A stretch of DNA of 64,000 bases from NCBI GenBank assembly GCA_012295275.1, contig CM022678.1, positions 186,001 to 250,000 of the forward strand, read 5' to 3'. The notes below the pieces were generated by a model, which was given only the letters and a program-made list of their open reading frames with translations, was not told the DNA's origin and searched no databases. How positions within the stretch are numbered: the first letter of the stretch is position 1; the number at the start of each line of letters is the position of its first letter. The position numbers and the translations under genes were made by a program. The stretch is from Chrysomallon squamiferum (Eukaryota > Animalia > Mollusca). This document shows, in pieces, positions 38,267-52,600 of this stretch.

Positions 38267-41200
38267 GGCGCTCGATACAAGATTAGAAGTAAAGTTGTTT
38301 TAACAATGCCTGGGCAGCGTGGCGCTCGATACAAGATTAGAAGTAAAGTTGTTTTAACAATGCCTGGGCAGCGTGGCGCTCGATACAAGATTAGAAGTAA
38401 AGTTGTTTTAACAATGCCTGGGCAGCGTGGCGCTCGATACAAGATTAGAAGTAAAGTTGTTTTAACAATGCCTGGGCAGCGTGGCGCTCGATACAAGATC
38501 AGAAGTAAAGTTGTTTTAACAATGCCTGGGCAGCGTGGCGCTCGATACAAGATCAGAAGTAAAGTTGTTTTAACAATGCCTGGGCAGCGTGGCGCTCGAT
38601 ACAAGATCAGAAGTAAAGTTGTTTTAACAAAGCACTGGGCAGCGTGGCGCTCGATACAAGATCAGAAGTAAAGTTGTTTTAACAATGCACTGGGCAGCGT
38701 GGCGCTCGATACAAGATTAAGAAGCGCTCGAAAGTTGTTTTAACAATGCCTGGGCAGCGTGGCGCTCGATACAAGATTAGAAGTAAAGTTGTTTTAACAA
38801 TGCACTGGGCAGCGTGGCGCTCGATACAAGATTAGAAGTAAAGTTGTTTTAACAATGCACTGGGCAGCGTGGCGCTCGATACAAGATTAGAAGTAAAGTT
38901 GTTTTAACAAAGCCTGGGCAGCGTGGCGCTCGATACAAGATTAGAAGTAAAGTTGTTTTAACAGTGCACTGGGCAGCGTGGCGCTCGATACAAGATTAGA
39001 AGTAAAGTTGTTTTAACAATGCACTGGGCAGCGTGGCGCTCGATACAAGATTAGAAGTAAAGTTGTTTTAACAATGCCTGGGCAGCGTGGCGCTCGATAC
39101 AAGATGAGAAGTAAAGTTGTTTTAACAATGCCTGGGCAGCGTGGCGCTCGATACAAGATCAGAAGTAAAGTTGTTTTAACAATGCACTGGGCAGCGTGGC
39201 GCTCGATACAAGATTAGAAGTAAAGTTGTTTTAACAATGCCTGGGCAGCGTGGCGCTCGATACAAGATTAGAAGTAAAGTTGTTTTAACAATGCCTGGGC
39301 AGCGTGGCGCTCGATACAAGATCAGAAGTAAAGTTGTTTTAACAAGCGTGGCGATACTGTTGGCTGGGCAGCGGCGCTCGATACAAGATTAGAAGTAAAG
39401 TTGTTTTAACAATGCACTGGGCAGCGTGGCGCTCGATACAAGATTAGAAGTAAAGTTGTTTTAACAATGCCTGGGCAGCGTGGCGCTCGATACAAGATTA
39501 GAAGTAAAGTTGTTTTAACAATGCCTGGGCAGCGTGGCGCTCGATACAAGATTAGAAGTAAAGTTGTTTTAACAATGCCTGGGCAGCGTGGCGCTCGATA
39601 CAAGATCAGAAGTAAAGTTGTTTTAACAATGCACTGGGCAGCGTGGCGCTCGATACAAGATTAGAAGTAAAGTTGTTTTAAACAGCGTGGCGCTCGATAC
39701 AAGATCAGAAGTAAAGTTGTTTTAACAATGCCTGGGCAGCGTGGCGCTCGATACAAGATTAGAAGTAAAGTTGTTTTAACAATGCCTGGGCAGCGTGGCG
39801 CTCGATACAAGATCAGAAGTAAAGTTGTTTTAACAAAGTTGCTCGATACAAGATTAGAAGTAAAGTTGTTTTAACAATGCCTGGGCAGCGTGGCGCTCGA
39901 TACAAGATCAGAAGAAGTTGTTTTAAAGTTGTTTTAACAATGCCTGGGCAGCGTGGCGCTCGATACAAGATCAGAAGTAAAGTTGTTTTAAAATGCCTGG
40001 GCAGCGTGGCGCTGGGCAGCGTGGCGCTCGATACAAGATTAGAAGTAAAGTTGTTTTAACAATGCCTGGGCAGCGTGGCGCTCGATACAAGATTAGAAGT
40101 AAAGTTGTTTTAACAATGCACTGGGCAGCGTGGCGCTCGATACAAGATTAGAAGTAAAGTTGTTTTAACAATGCCTGGGCAGCGTGGCGCTCGATACAAG
40201 ATTAGAAGTAAAGTTGTTTTAACAATGCACTGGGCAGCGTGGCGCTCGATACAAGATTAGAAGTAAAGTTGTTTTAACAATGCACTGGGCAGCGTGGGCG
40301 CTCGATACAAGATACAAGATCAGAAGTAAAGTTGTTTTAACAATGCCTGGGCAGCGTGGCGCTCGATACAAGATTAGAAGTAAAGTTGTTTTAACAATGC
40401 ACTGGGCAGCGTGGCGCTCGATACAAGTAAAGTTGTTTTAACAAGCACTGGGCAGCGTGGCGCTCGATACAAATTAGAAGTTGTTTTAACAATGCCTTTC
40501 GATACAAGATTAGAAGTAAAGTTGTTTTAACAATGCCTGGGCAGCGTGGCGCTCGATACAAGATTAGAAGTAAAGTTGTTTTAACAATGCCTGGGCAGCG
40601 TGGCGCTCGATACAAGATTAGAAGTAAAGTTGTTTTAACAATGCACTGGGCAGCGTGGCGCTCGATACAAGATCAGAAGTAAAGTTGTTTTAACAATGCA
40701 CTGGGCAGCGTGGCGCTCGATACAAGATTAGAAGTAAAGTTGTTTTAACAATGCACTGGGCAGCGTGGCGCTCGATACAAGATTAGAAGTAAAGTTGTTT
40801 TTTGGGCAGCGTGGCGCTCGATGCACTAAAGTTGTTTTAACAATGCCTGGGCCAGTGGCGCTCGATACAAGATTAGAAGTAAAGTTGTTTTAACAATGCC
40901 TGGGCAGCGTGGCGCTCGATACAAGATTAGAAGTAAAGTTGTTTTAACAATGCCTGGGCAGCGTGGCGCTCGATACAAGATAGAAGAAAAAGTTGTTTTA
41001 ACAATGCCTGGGCAGCGTGGCGCTCGATACAAGATCAGAAGTAAAGTTGTTTTAACAATGCACTGGGCAGCGTGGCGCTCGATACAAGATTAGAAGTAAA
41101 GTTGTTTTAACAATGCCTGGGCAGCGTGGCGCTCGATACAAGATTAGAAGTAAAGTTGTTTTAACAATGCACTGGGCAGCGTGGCGCTCGATACAAGATT

Positions 41201-44200
41201 AGAAGTAAAGTTGTTTTAACAATGCACTGGGCAGCGTGGCGCTCGATACAAGATCAGAAGTAAAGTTGTTTTAACAATGCACTGGGCAGCGTGGCGCTCG
41301 ATACAAGATTAGAAGTAAAGTTGTTTTAACAATGCCTGGGCAGCGTGGCGCTCGATACAAGATTAGAAGTAAAGTTGTTTTAACAATGCACTGGGCAGCG
41401 TGGCGCTGATACAAGATTAGAAGTAAAGTTGTTTTAACAATGCCTGGGCAGCGTGGCGCTCGATACAAGATTAGAAGTAAAGTTGTTTTAACAATGCCTG
41501 GGCAGCGTGGCGCTCGATACAAGATTAGAAGTAAAGTTGTTTTAACAATGCACTGGGCAGCGTGGCGCTCGATACAAGATCAGAAGTAAAGTTGTTTTAA
41601 CAATGCCTGGGCAGCGTGGCGCTCGATACAAGATAACAGAGCGTGGCGCTCGATTAAGATTAGAAGTAAGTTGTTTTAACAATGCCTGGGCAGCGTGGCG
41701 CTCGATACAAGATTAGAAGTAAAGTTGTTTTAACAATGCCTGGGCAGCGTGGCGCTCGATACAAGATTAGAAGTAAAGTTGTTTTAACAATGCCTGGGCA
41801 GCGTGGCGCTCTCGATACAAGATGGCGCTCGATACAAGATCAGAAGTAAAGTTGTTTTAACAATGCACTGGGCAGCGTGGCGCTCGATACAAGATTAGAA
41901 GTAAAGTTGTTTTAACAATGCCTGGGCAGCGTGGCGCTCGATACAAGATTAGAAGTAAAGTTGTTTTAACAATGCACTGGGCAGCGTGGCGCTCGATACA
42001 AGATTAGAAGTAAAGTTGTTTTAACAATGCCTGGGCAGCGTGGCGCTCGATACAAGATCAGAAGTAAAGTTGTTTTAACAATGCCTGGGCAGCGTGGCGC
42101 TCGATACAAGATTAGAAGTAAAGTTGTTTTAACAATGCACTGGGCAGCGTGGCGCTCGATACAAGATCAGAAGTAAAGTTGTTTTAACAAAGCCTGGGCA
42201 GCGTGGCGCTCGATACAAGATCAGAAGTAAAGTTGTTTTAACAATGCCTGGGCAGCGTGGCGCTCGATACAAGATTAGAAGTAAAGTTGTTTTAACAATG
42301 CACTGGGCAGCGTGGCGCTCGATACAAGATTAGAAGTAAAGTTGTTTTAACAATGCACTGGGCAGCGTGGCGCTCGATACAAGATTAGAAGTAAAGTTGT
42401 TTTAACAATGCTGGGCAGCGTGGCGCTGGGCTGGGCAGCGTGGCGCTCGATACAAGATTAGAAGTAAAGTTGTTTTAACAATGCCTGGGCAGCGTGGCGC
42501 TCGATACAAGATTAGAAGTAAAGTTGTTTTAACAATGCACTGGGCAGCGTGGCGCTCGATACAAGATGAGAAGTAAAGTTGTTTTAACAATGCCTGGGCA
42601 GCGTGGCGCTCGATACAAGATTAGAAGTAAAGTTGTTTTAAAGTTGTTTTAACAATGCACTGGGCAGCGTGGCGCTCGATACAAGATTAGAAGTAAAGTT
42701 GTTTTAACAATGCACTGGGCAGCGTGGCGCTCGATACAAGATTAGAAGTAAAGTTGTTTTAACAATGCCTGGGCAGCGTGGCGCTCGATACAAGATCAGA
42801 AGTAAAGTTGTTTTAACAATGCCTGGGCAGCGTGGCGCTCGATACAAGATTAGAAGTAAAGTTGTTTTAACAATGCCTGGGCAGCGTGGCGCTCGATACA
42901 AGATCAGAAGTAAAGTTGTTTTAACAATGCCTGGGCAGCGTGGCGCTCGATACAAGATTAGAAGATAAAGTTGTTTTAACAATGCACTGGGCAGCGTGGC
43001 GCTCGATACAAGATTAGAAGTAAAGTTGTTTTAACAATGCACTGGGCAGCGTGGCGCTCGATACAAGATTAGAAGTAAAGTTGTTTTAACAATGCCTGGG
43101 CAGCGTGGCGCGATACTGGGCTGGGCAGCGTGGCGCTCGATACAAGATTAGAAGAAGTAAAAGTTGTTTTAACAATGCACTGGGCAGCGTGGCGCTCGAT
43201 ACAAGATTAGAAGTAAAGTTGTTTTAACAATGCCTGGGCAGCGTGGCGCTCGATACAAGATTAGAAGTAAAGTTGTTTTAACAATGCACTGGGCAGCGTG
43301 GCGCTCGATACAAGATTAGAAGTAAAGTTGTTTTAACAAATGCCTGGGCAGCGTGGCGCTCGATACAAGATTAGAAGTAAAGTTGTTTTAACAATGCCTG
43401 GGCAGCGTGGCGCTCGATACAAGATCAGAAGTAAAGTTGTTTTAACAATGCCTGGGCAGCGTGGCGCTCGATACAAGATCAGAAGTAAAGTTGTTTTAAC
43501 AATGCCTGGGCAGCGTGGCGCTCGATACAAGATTAGAAGTAAAGTTGTTTTAACAATGCCTGGGCAGCGTGGCGCTCGATACAAGATTAGAAGTAAAGTT
43601 GTTTTAACAAATGCCTGGGCAGCGTGGCGCTCGATACAAGATCAGAAGTAAAGTTGTTTTAACAAAGCGTGGCGCTCGATGCCTGCCTGGGCAGCGTGGC
43701 GCTCGATACAAGATCAGAAGTAAAGTTGTTTTAACAATGCCTGGGCAGCGTGGCGCTCGATACAAGATCAGAAGTAAAGTTGTTTTAACAATGCCTGGGC
43801 AGCGTGGCGCTCGATACAAGATTAGAAGTAAAGTTGTTTTAACAAGCGTGGCGCTCGATGCCTGGGCAGCGTGGCGCTCGATACAAGATCAGAAGTAAAG
43901 TTGTTTTAACAATGCCTGGGCAGCGTGGCGCTCGATACAAGATCAGAAGTAAAGTTGTTTTAACAGTGCCTGGGCAGCGTGGCGCTCGATACAAGATTAG
44001 AAGTAAAGTTGTTTTAACAATGCCTGGGCAGCGTGGCGCTCGATACAAGATTAGAAGTAAAGTTGTTTTAACAGTGCACTGGGCAGCGTGGCGCTCGATA
44101 CAAGATTAGAAGTAAAGTTGTTTTAACAATGCCTGGGCAGCGTGGCGCTCGATACAAGATTAGAAGTAAAGTTGTTTTAACAATGCCTGGGCAGCGTGGC

Positions 44201-44469
44201 GCTCGATACAAGATTAGAAGTAAAGTTGTTTTAACAGTGCCTGGGCAGCGTGGCGCTCGATACAAGATTAGAAGTAAAGTTGTTTTAACAATGCCTGGGC
44301 AGCGTGGCGCTCGATACAAGATTAGAAGTAAAGTTGTTTTAACAATGCACTGGGCAGCGTGGCGCTCGATACAAGATTAGAAGTAAAGTTGTTTTAACAA
44401 TGCACTGGGCAGCGTGGCGCTCGATACAAGATTAGAAGTAAAGTTGTTTTAACAATGCCTGGGCAGCGT
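38267..44469. repeat. 54/55-bp satellite array, roughly 110-115 copies, truncated by the gap
   Basis: Unit GATACAAGAT(T/C)AGAAGTAAAGTTGTTTTAACAATGC(A)CTGGGCAGCGTGGCGCTC repeated head-to-tail with no spacers. Confidence 0.98.
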
Positions 44470-45099
44470 CCGGTCAGCTTCTACGTCTGCAAACATGTCA
44501 CGTGTTATTTTATAGCAAGAAAAATATTAATAGTATTTTAATGTGAGTTATTTGATGTCAGTTGTACGAAACACACTAATAAGATGATAACAAGGTTTCT
44601 AGTAGCACAGACTATGTCAGTAGTAGAAACAATATTTCTGCACTTCACATTAAATTAACTGATAAACTACTAGTGACATTGTTTCATTCACTAAGTTTAT
44701 GAATTTGTATGGACAATGTTTCTGGTTCCACGCGCTAAGTAAGCAGTGAGAATGTTTCTAGTGTAAACACTAAGTAGATAAACTAGTAGCGACAATATTT
44801 TGAGCATAAGCACGCTCTAAGTTACTTGATGAGTAAGTAATGAAAATGTTTGTCATAATAAACAGTAAGTAAATTCATACACTAATAGTGACAATGTTCA
44901 GCATATAGTGGAACAGTTATAATTAGTTTTGACACAAGAAGATTGAAAGAAAGAAGTAACAACACGTTTTTTAACATTACAATCAGATTTATTTACTAAC
45001 ACACACTGTGACATACAACATTGTGAACCTTAAGATTACAGTGAACTGAACTTTATTTTAACAAAATATGTTAATTTTCAATTATTTTATGTGGCTTGA

Positions 45100-45199
<100 letters not shown>

Positions 45200-45726
45200 T
45201 TATTTAATATTATTAAAATAAATTTACTTTTAATCTGTTTTACCCTTTACAGAAATATTATGCAGTCACTGAGGATAATATGTAAGTAAACCTTTCAATT
45301 TTGTTAATATATTATCGGATTTAAATTAAATAACAGCGATAATAATTAATAAAAAAAAAAAGTAAAAAAAATTATTCAAACTTGTAATAAAATAAATGAA
45401 TAATAATAAACAAAAAAAAAAAAAAAAAAAAAAAAAAAATAAGGATGAAAAGCAATCATTTCTATTCTTAAAAGAAACAAGCAAAAACAAAAACAAAAAA
45501 CTATTTCTTGAGTTAAAAAATAAAGTTAAAATGAAGCAGATATATAATTTTATTTTATTTTATTTATTTATTTATTTTATTATTATTATCGGAACACTGC
45601 AAAGCAGACGAAGAAACTAAGACGGCATTCGGGAAGTTTCGGAATGATCCGAATGGTCACGACCATACAATACTGGGTCAGCGAGCCTCTCGGTTTTGTT
45701 TATCAAGACTACCGTTAAGTACAGTC

Positions 45727-48340
45727 ATGTCCGGTCTTCAAAATTAGTGTTTATGAAAAGATGGTAAATTAAGGTAATCCGATACGTCCAATTTATCGAA
45801 CTACGAGCAAACCTTTTATGTGAAATAAAATCATTAATAGTGGCTCTTGTTGCCGAGACGGAACTTTGGTCGCAATTGAATTAATTTAAAATGTTAATTG
45901 TTATTATGTGTAAAAAACATTTTTATATATTAGGTAATAGGATTCCTGCTGGTATTTATATTATTTGGACATAAGAAAAAGAAAAACAAACATTATTATT
46001 AAACACATTTTACATTTTATGTTTTGAAGATGCATAAATAAAATAAATTACTTTTCATTCTTCCTAAAGATTATCATTATTATTAATTTTTTTATGTGAA
46101 ATAATCTTTTTTAATAAAAATGTTTGACACAATTACAGTTTTGTCACTAAATTGGAAAAAAATTTAAAGCTTTCAGTTTCCTTTTTGTTGGTTATTATGA
46201 ACAATAATAAAATACAGAAAAACCTGAGTAAAATAAATTTATTCTGACTAAATTATTTGTATTTTTAATATTTTAGGTAGATTTAAATAGTAATTTGTTT
46301 TTGTTTCCAGAGATTACCAATGATAAATTTTATACTTTTTTTTTAACTATAATTTTATTTATTAGATAATCAATAATAAATGTTACATTTTTTTTTAGTT
46401 GACTCACTTTTTAAGGTTTATCAATGATAAATGTAATTTATCACTTTACAGGATAAACAAGCTATTTCTGTCCAGACGAAAGGCCAGGATCCTTCAGGCC
46501 AAGGATGACCACTTGACCATGTGTGTAGTGCACAGTACAGTGAAGAGCAATAACTTCTCCAGTCCTGACTTTTAAGAGAAATTTGTACAGACTCAGACAC
46601 TCAGATGTACTCAACATGTTTGTAAACAGATGCTGGGTATAATGGACAAGTAATTCAGTTTACTACCAGATTTTATAAACTTTAAAATAATAATAAATTA
46701 CTTAATTTCACCTGAGAATGTTTTAGTATTAATATTATTACATATATTTTTATTGTTTATTTGTAAATACAGACTTTGTCGTTGATTTACCAATTGTGAT
46801 AACATAGCTGTAAGAGGAAATAGTCAATTGAACATGTATTTTAGAAAGTTTAAATTTAAAATTTAGAATAAGATAAAGATTATAGATTTTATTTGCTATC
46901 AGTTTAAAAAGGTAAAAAATAAAAATAAATAAAGTATATTTTATTATTAAAATTATTAGATTCATACTTACAGGTTCTGACTTGATTTGTTCAAACTTGT
47001 GTTAAACACACACATCCATCCCCAGATAATCAAAACTACAGGAACAACAAGAAATATTTTAATAAATACAATTTGACTTTATTTTATTTCATTTAAATTT
47101 TATTTCACTCGAGATATATATTCGTTGAAAACATCATTCCAAATTCAAATGAAGAAATAAAATTGTAATAGTTCTACAAAAATGTCAATGTAATGTTTTA
47201 TTTTCAGAAACAAGCTGGATGTTATATCAGAATCACCAGAGAGTACAGAAATCTATTTACATCAGATTCTTAAAGCAAAGAAATCACAGGACAGTTACAG
47301 ACCATCAGATGTTTTACATGAGTGCTGTTTTAACAGGCTGAGTGATTGGTAAGTAAACTCTATGTACATCACATTTGTAATCATTTTTGTTTTAAATGTA
47401 TGAATGTCATGTCTGATGTTTTGGACACAAGCTGGTGTTGCACACAGAGTACAGAAATCTATTTACAGCAGATTCTTCACATCATTTTGTTTAACTGTCT
47501 GGTAAATCAATGTAAATTTTTCTCTCACAACTTTTCCCTAAGGCCTTTCGATAACCATGAAGTGTGAAAAATAATTTTAAATGGTCTGTTTCGGATGATA
47601 ATTATTTATTATTATTTTTGATAATGACAGTGTAAGAAAAAAACCCCTACAATTTTCACTGTTAATTAAGTCAGCTATTTTTATGTTCAGTTTTCAGTGT
47701 ACATTTTAATACATGAGTAACAGACTGCACAATTCAAGATTGATACTACAATCTGTTACTTCTCATCTCAACTCTCTACTTTTAAGTCACAAAACATCAC
47801 ATTTGAATTTTACCTAGTCTTGATTTTTTACATGTCAAATTGTATAATACAAATTCAGAGGTAAATTTCATAATCAGGACATATTAATACTGTTTATACA
47901 ATTCTGAATATTATTTTAGTTTTAGTAAAAACACATTTATTTTTGTTTTAAATTTTCAGGATTGTTTATAGTGAGAAGTGTTAATGATAATCATCTGTTC
48001 ATTCTAAATGGCTTCTTGAGTTTGTCTCCAAGTGTTTCAAGTTTTCTGATCACACTGAACTAAGCAAGCAGAAGAAATAGCAGAAGATGAAACATCTCAA
48101 CAAAAAAATAAAAAGAAGCTGAATGCTTGGAGAATACTGAGAACTTCTAGAAAAATCCACACCAAACAAAAAGTTTAAAAACATTACTTGTGTGAGACAT
48201 GGACTACTTACTGAATAATTTATAAAACTGTGAAAGTGTGATTTCAGATTGGAAGTCAGTGTTGTTCATACAAGATATAGTTACATACAGACCAATATAC
48301 AAAATGTTTGGACCAGATACAGCACCAAGTTCAGTCAGGT
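45727..48340 (+). pseudogene. Decayed multi-exon THAP-domain-like gene (probably transposon-derived)
   Basis: Exon-like blocks with splice sites at about 45727-45773, 46452-46649, 47209-47348 and 47960 onward. 46452 onward reads KQAIS...DPSGQG*PLDHVCSAQ, resembling the THAP W..AI...W.P...VCS.HF pattern; stops and frameshifts present. Confidence 0.35.
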
Positions 48341-49329
48341 CTGTGTAAAAAAAAAAAAAGTCTTTAGTTTTTAAAAATGATTTGTTAGAAATCCTTGATT
48401 ACTGCTTTGAAAAAAAAGAACACATTTTATATAAAGGTGTTTGATCCAGGGGAGATAATTTCATTTTTCTGTTTTATTTTTTGTATTTCTTAATTTCAAT
48501 TTTTTTTTTTACCAAGACTTCTGGTAAAGATTTAGCCAATAAACTTATCTTAATAAAACATAAAATGGTAGTAGATAATTTCTTTTTTTTTAAAGATAAA
48601 ATCAGAAATTATAAATTTTCTGAATAAATAATTTTCAGATTACAAGTTATTTGTTATTTTTTTCTGTAAACAAATATCTTGGTATTTTTTATTTAATTAA
48701 TTTGAATATTTTATTATTATACTTTTGTTGGACAGATCAGAAATCTTGGTATTTTTATATTTTACAGCACCCTTCGCTCTCATCTTTAAAACCTTATAAA
48801 ACATTTTAAAACAAGTTCAATTATACCATGCTTTTTTGAATTTGTAATTAAGGATTTTTATAACATTTTTCTAAAATTGTGTTTTTATATGAAAAAGTAG
48901 TTTTGATATAATTTGTTTTTTTGTCGTAATAAACATTTCAAATTATTTTCTATTCTGTTTTGAATTTAATATTTTTAGCTAACATTATTAAACATCCTAA
49001 AGTGAGGAATATTTTTATTTACATAGTTTTGGTATATTAACTGAAACTTAATAAACATTATAAATTCTTATATATTAGTAGCTGTACAAAATTATTTGAA
49101 TTTTCTGATTCAGGTTGAGTGCATGAAATGTCCGTAACATAGAGAGAAAAAAATCACAGGCTAGTTTAGACTGTTTATTTTAAGAAAAGTAAATAAATTT
49201 GATTACATATATTTATTTATTTATATTTCAAAAATTGAAAAACAAAACAGGATATTTTCTTTACGCTGTCAAACTAGAAGTGAAAACATCAGCCTAAGAG
49301 ACACACACTAATGTACTGGGTGAACCAAA

Positions 49330-52300
49330 ACATTTTTTCTGAACATTAACACCTCATATTTCCTATGTCACAGTTTGATGTGTAGATTGGGAAAACAATT
49401 CCTGACTCCAGCACTGTGAGAAGACAGCAACTGTTAGTCTCTGATACTGCATTGTCCCACTCTGCTGTATGAGTCAGGTAAAGGACTAGCTCAGTCCTTC
49501 GTATCGTCAGTGTGGCGAGACATCACTCTCATGAACACTGCCTTCCCAAGTTTCTGTCTCATCTTGTTCTGCTGTTCTCTTCTCTGTTTCCTTTCTCTTC
49601 TCGTCCAGCTTCAGTTTCAGACGTCACCTGCTCTTCAACTTCCTGACTGTTGTGTTTACCACTGTCATGCACTGTCCTCTCAGTCATCTGCCAAGTGCTT
49701 TCATGCACTGACACTTACTGGTTCATTTGACAGACAACTCTGTGTGGCATTGAGGTCCAGAGAGACAGTGGCTTCCACAGTTGTGTCCCCTTGACTTGGA
49801 AATCCATCAGCTGTGACATGCGATGTGTGAGGAAATTTCCTAGACATTGTTGGAGATGTTGTCCTGTTTCTTGGAGTTTTGTCTCTTTCCTGTGTTTTTC
49901 TTTGGCTGGTTTTAGCATTAAAGCTTCAAGTTTTTCTCCCTGATTGCTCACATTTGACTGTTGAGATTGGTTACCTGGTGTAGTAACACTCTACAACTTC
50001 ATGCTGTCAGAGTTGTTGTAGTTGGACGTGGTCGGCTGATGTTGGCCAAGAGTGAAGAACACACTGGTCTGAATCTGACTGGTGAGAGCACTGTCTCGTC
50101 TGTGTAAACAAATAAACCAATAAAATACTGAATAAAATATTAAGTAAATAAACAAACATATAAAATACTGAAAAACTATTAACTAAACAAACAAACCAAT
50201 AAAATACTGAATAAAATATTAAGTAAATAAACAAACAAATAAATGAATAAAATATTAAATAAAATGGTAAATAAAGTATTAATCATTTTTCTTTCTTTCT
50301 CCCCCTATTCAACTAACAACTATATTTTTATACTATTATTGTTATAACTACTACAACAAAAACAACAACAACTACTACTACAACTACTACTGTTCCTGTT
50401 TCTACACCTACTTTTCATTTGACTTTTATAATTTCTCATTTAACTGTTATATACTCAAACTCCCTCTATTATTACTACTATTGCAACAATAAATCTGCTA
50501 TTAGTACTGCTCCTACTACTATAACTAGTACTATAACTAGTATGTTTCTGACTGAGTCACACAAGATACATTATGATCACAAAGCATTGTTGGCTAAAAT
50601 ATCACCTTTTACTACAAACAAGAATGATTATTATTAAGTACTAATGCTATAATAACCACACTACTACAACAATGGGTTGTACTACTACTACTGCTATTAC
50701 TATAACAACAACGACAACCTCTGCAGATGCTTCTGTTCCTGCCAGGCTAGTACAGATTCTTTGATGACATTTCTCTCCTGTGGTGAGCTCACAGAATTAC
50801 CTCTTCTTGTGTTCTGAGCAGTTTCTGAAAAACAAGTTTTTATTTATTTACCTGTGTAGGTAAACAAAATATTTCTCTTACTCAATTCTTAGAATCATCA
50901 AATTATAGTGAAAACTAAGAGATGGCAAAGGAAATTTTTAAACTTTCAAATAAAAACACAATAAAGTGAACTGCATTCTGGGAGTTGAAAACAAAACAAG
51001 AAATGGTTTTCATTACTCTTACTAAAAATATAAACTAAAAAGAAATGAAACAATGCAAATGGAAATAAGGAAAGATGGAAGTAAACTAAGTTATCCTGCT
51101 ATTTGTATACCACAATTAATTTACTTGTTTTTGTAGACTATCCTTGCACTAGTCTGTTTTTCTTACTCTGTATGGAGAATATTTTACCAATACCAAAACA
51201 GAGAAGAATTAAGTAGATTGTTAAACAGAAAAGTTAATGTGTGTGTTTTTCATACCAGTTTGATGTTTAGGTAACAACACTTGTCTGTTTTGTGGTATGT
51301 TCCTGAAAAAGCAAAATAAAAAAAACAAAAAATTAATTTTAGATTGCCTTTATTAATAACATTATTTACTATTATATATATATATCAATGCCATTTGCAG
51401 ATACAAATGAATATGTGTTGATAAAAATATATTTAAGCTATTTTATTTCAAATGTGCATGCATGCATACAGACATACTGATAAACACATACAGTCTGAGG
51501 TAATGAATAATTAAAGATAAGTATATTTTTAATATAGTCTAAATTCTTAATTAAAAAAAAATCGGTATCTTTTAAATATATATCAATATAACCTGATTAT
51601 TGATAAATATAAATTCTGCTAAAATAAAGAAGAAATATTTTATTTAGGAACATACACAGCATGTTTTTTTACTAGTTCTTTGTATTTTAAAAGGCAAATA
51701 ACAATAAAGCATTTAAAATTTTGTTTAATATTAACATTTTTTATTAGTAGCCTTCTCAAATACTTGACATTGTATAAAGATCTTTCAAAGACTGAAATCA
51801 TTCATTTTAAATAATAAAAATTGATTTACATACATAAAAGCATCCCTCTAAATATACACTAAAACTGATTAGTATAAATCCCAATTTTTCCAGTACAATA
51901 ATACATTTCATAAATTAATATAATGAAAGACTAATTAAAAACTCTCACAAAACTTACTTTCTGCTTCCTGACCAATCAGAAGCTGTCCTGTCTCTGTCAG
52001 TTTTATCACTTCTATCCAGAAGAACTGCTCTGCAGGAAAGACTAACAGTTTTTCTCGTATTCTATCTCAGGTGTACAGGACGTCCTTGTAAGTGAAGTGG
52101 AAAAATTGATGAGAATGTTTTGATGAGGCAAAGATTATATAAAGAATTAGGTATTCCTAACCCATCTTTCAAACATATGTCTAAGAAAAAATAAATAACA
52201 ATGAGGCAGTCAATATCTAATAATACAGGAAAAAATAAGGATGATATACGACTGTGGAGAGAGAGAGAGAGAGAGACAAAGTCTGTGACAAATGGATGTG

Positions 52301-52555
52301 TAACAAATGGGATGATACCTAAATGAGTAACCCTTGAGAGTAAAAGTCCATTAAACTGCTAATATTTTAAAATAACAATTATTATTACAGAGTGTATTGT
52401 AATTCAATTATCATAATAAATATATTTTATAAATGTATATTACTTTTGTTTTCTTTATTAGATAAAGTAAATTTCCTGTATTGTTCAAGAAAAACACACT
52501 GCAGTTGAGTAATGCATTGTATGAGTTGTCATGGCAACCTCTCGGCTGCTTGTTA

Positions 52556-52600
<45 letters not shown>

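Noticed and set aside
38267-44469. CRISPR array, or repetitive protein ORFs (MPGQRGARYK..., MYRAPRCPG...)
   Set aside because: Units are head-to-tail with no unique spacers, there are no cas genes and the context is eukaryotic. The ORFs arise because 54 is divisible by 3 and break at every 55-bp unit.
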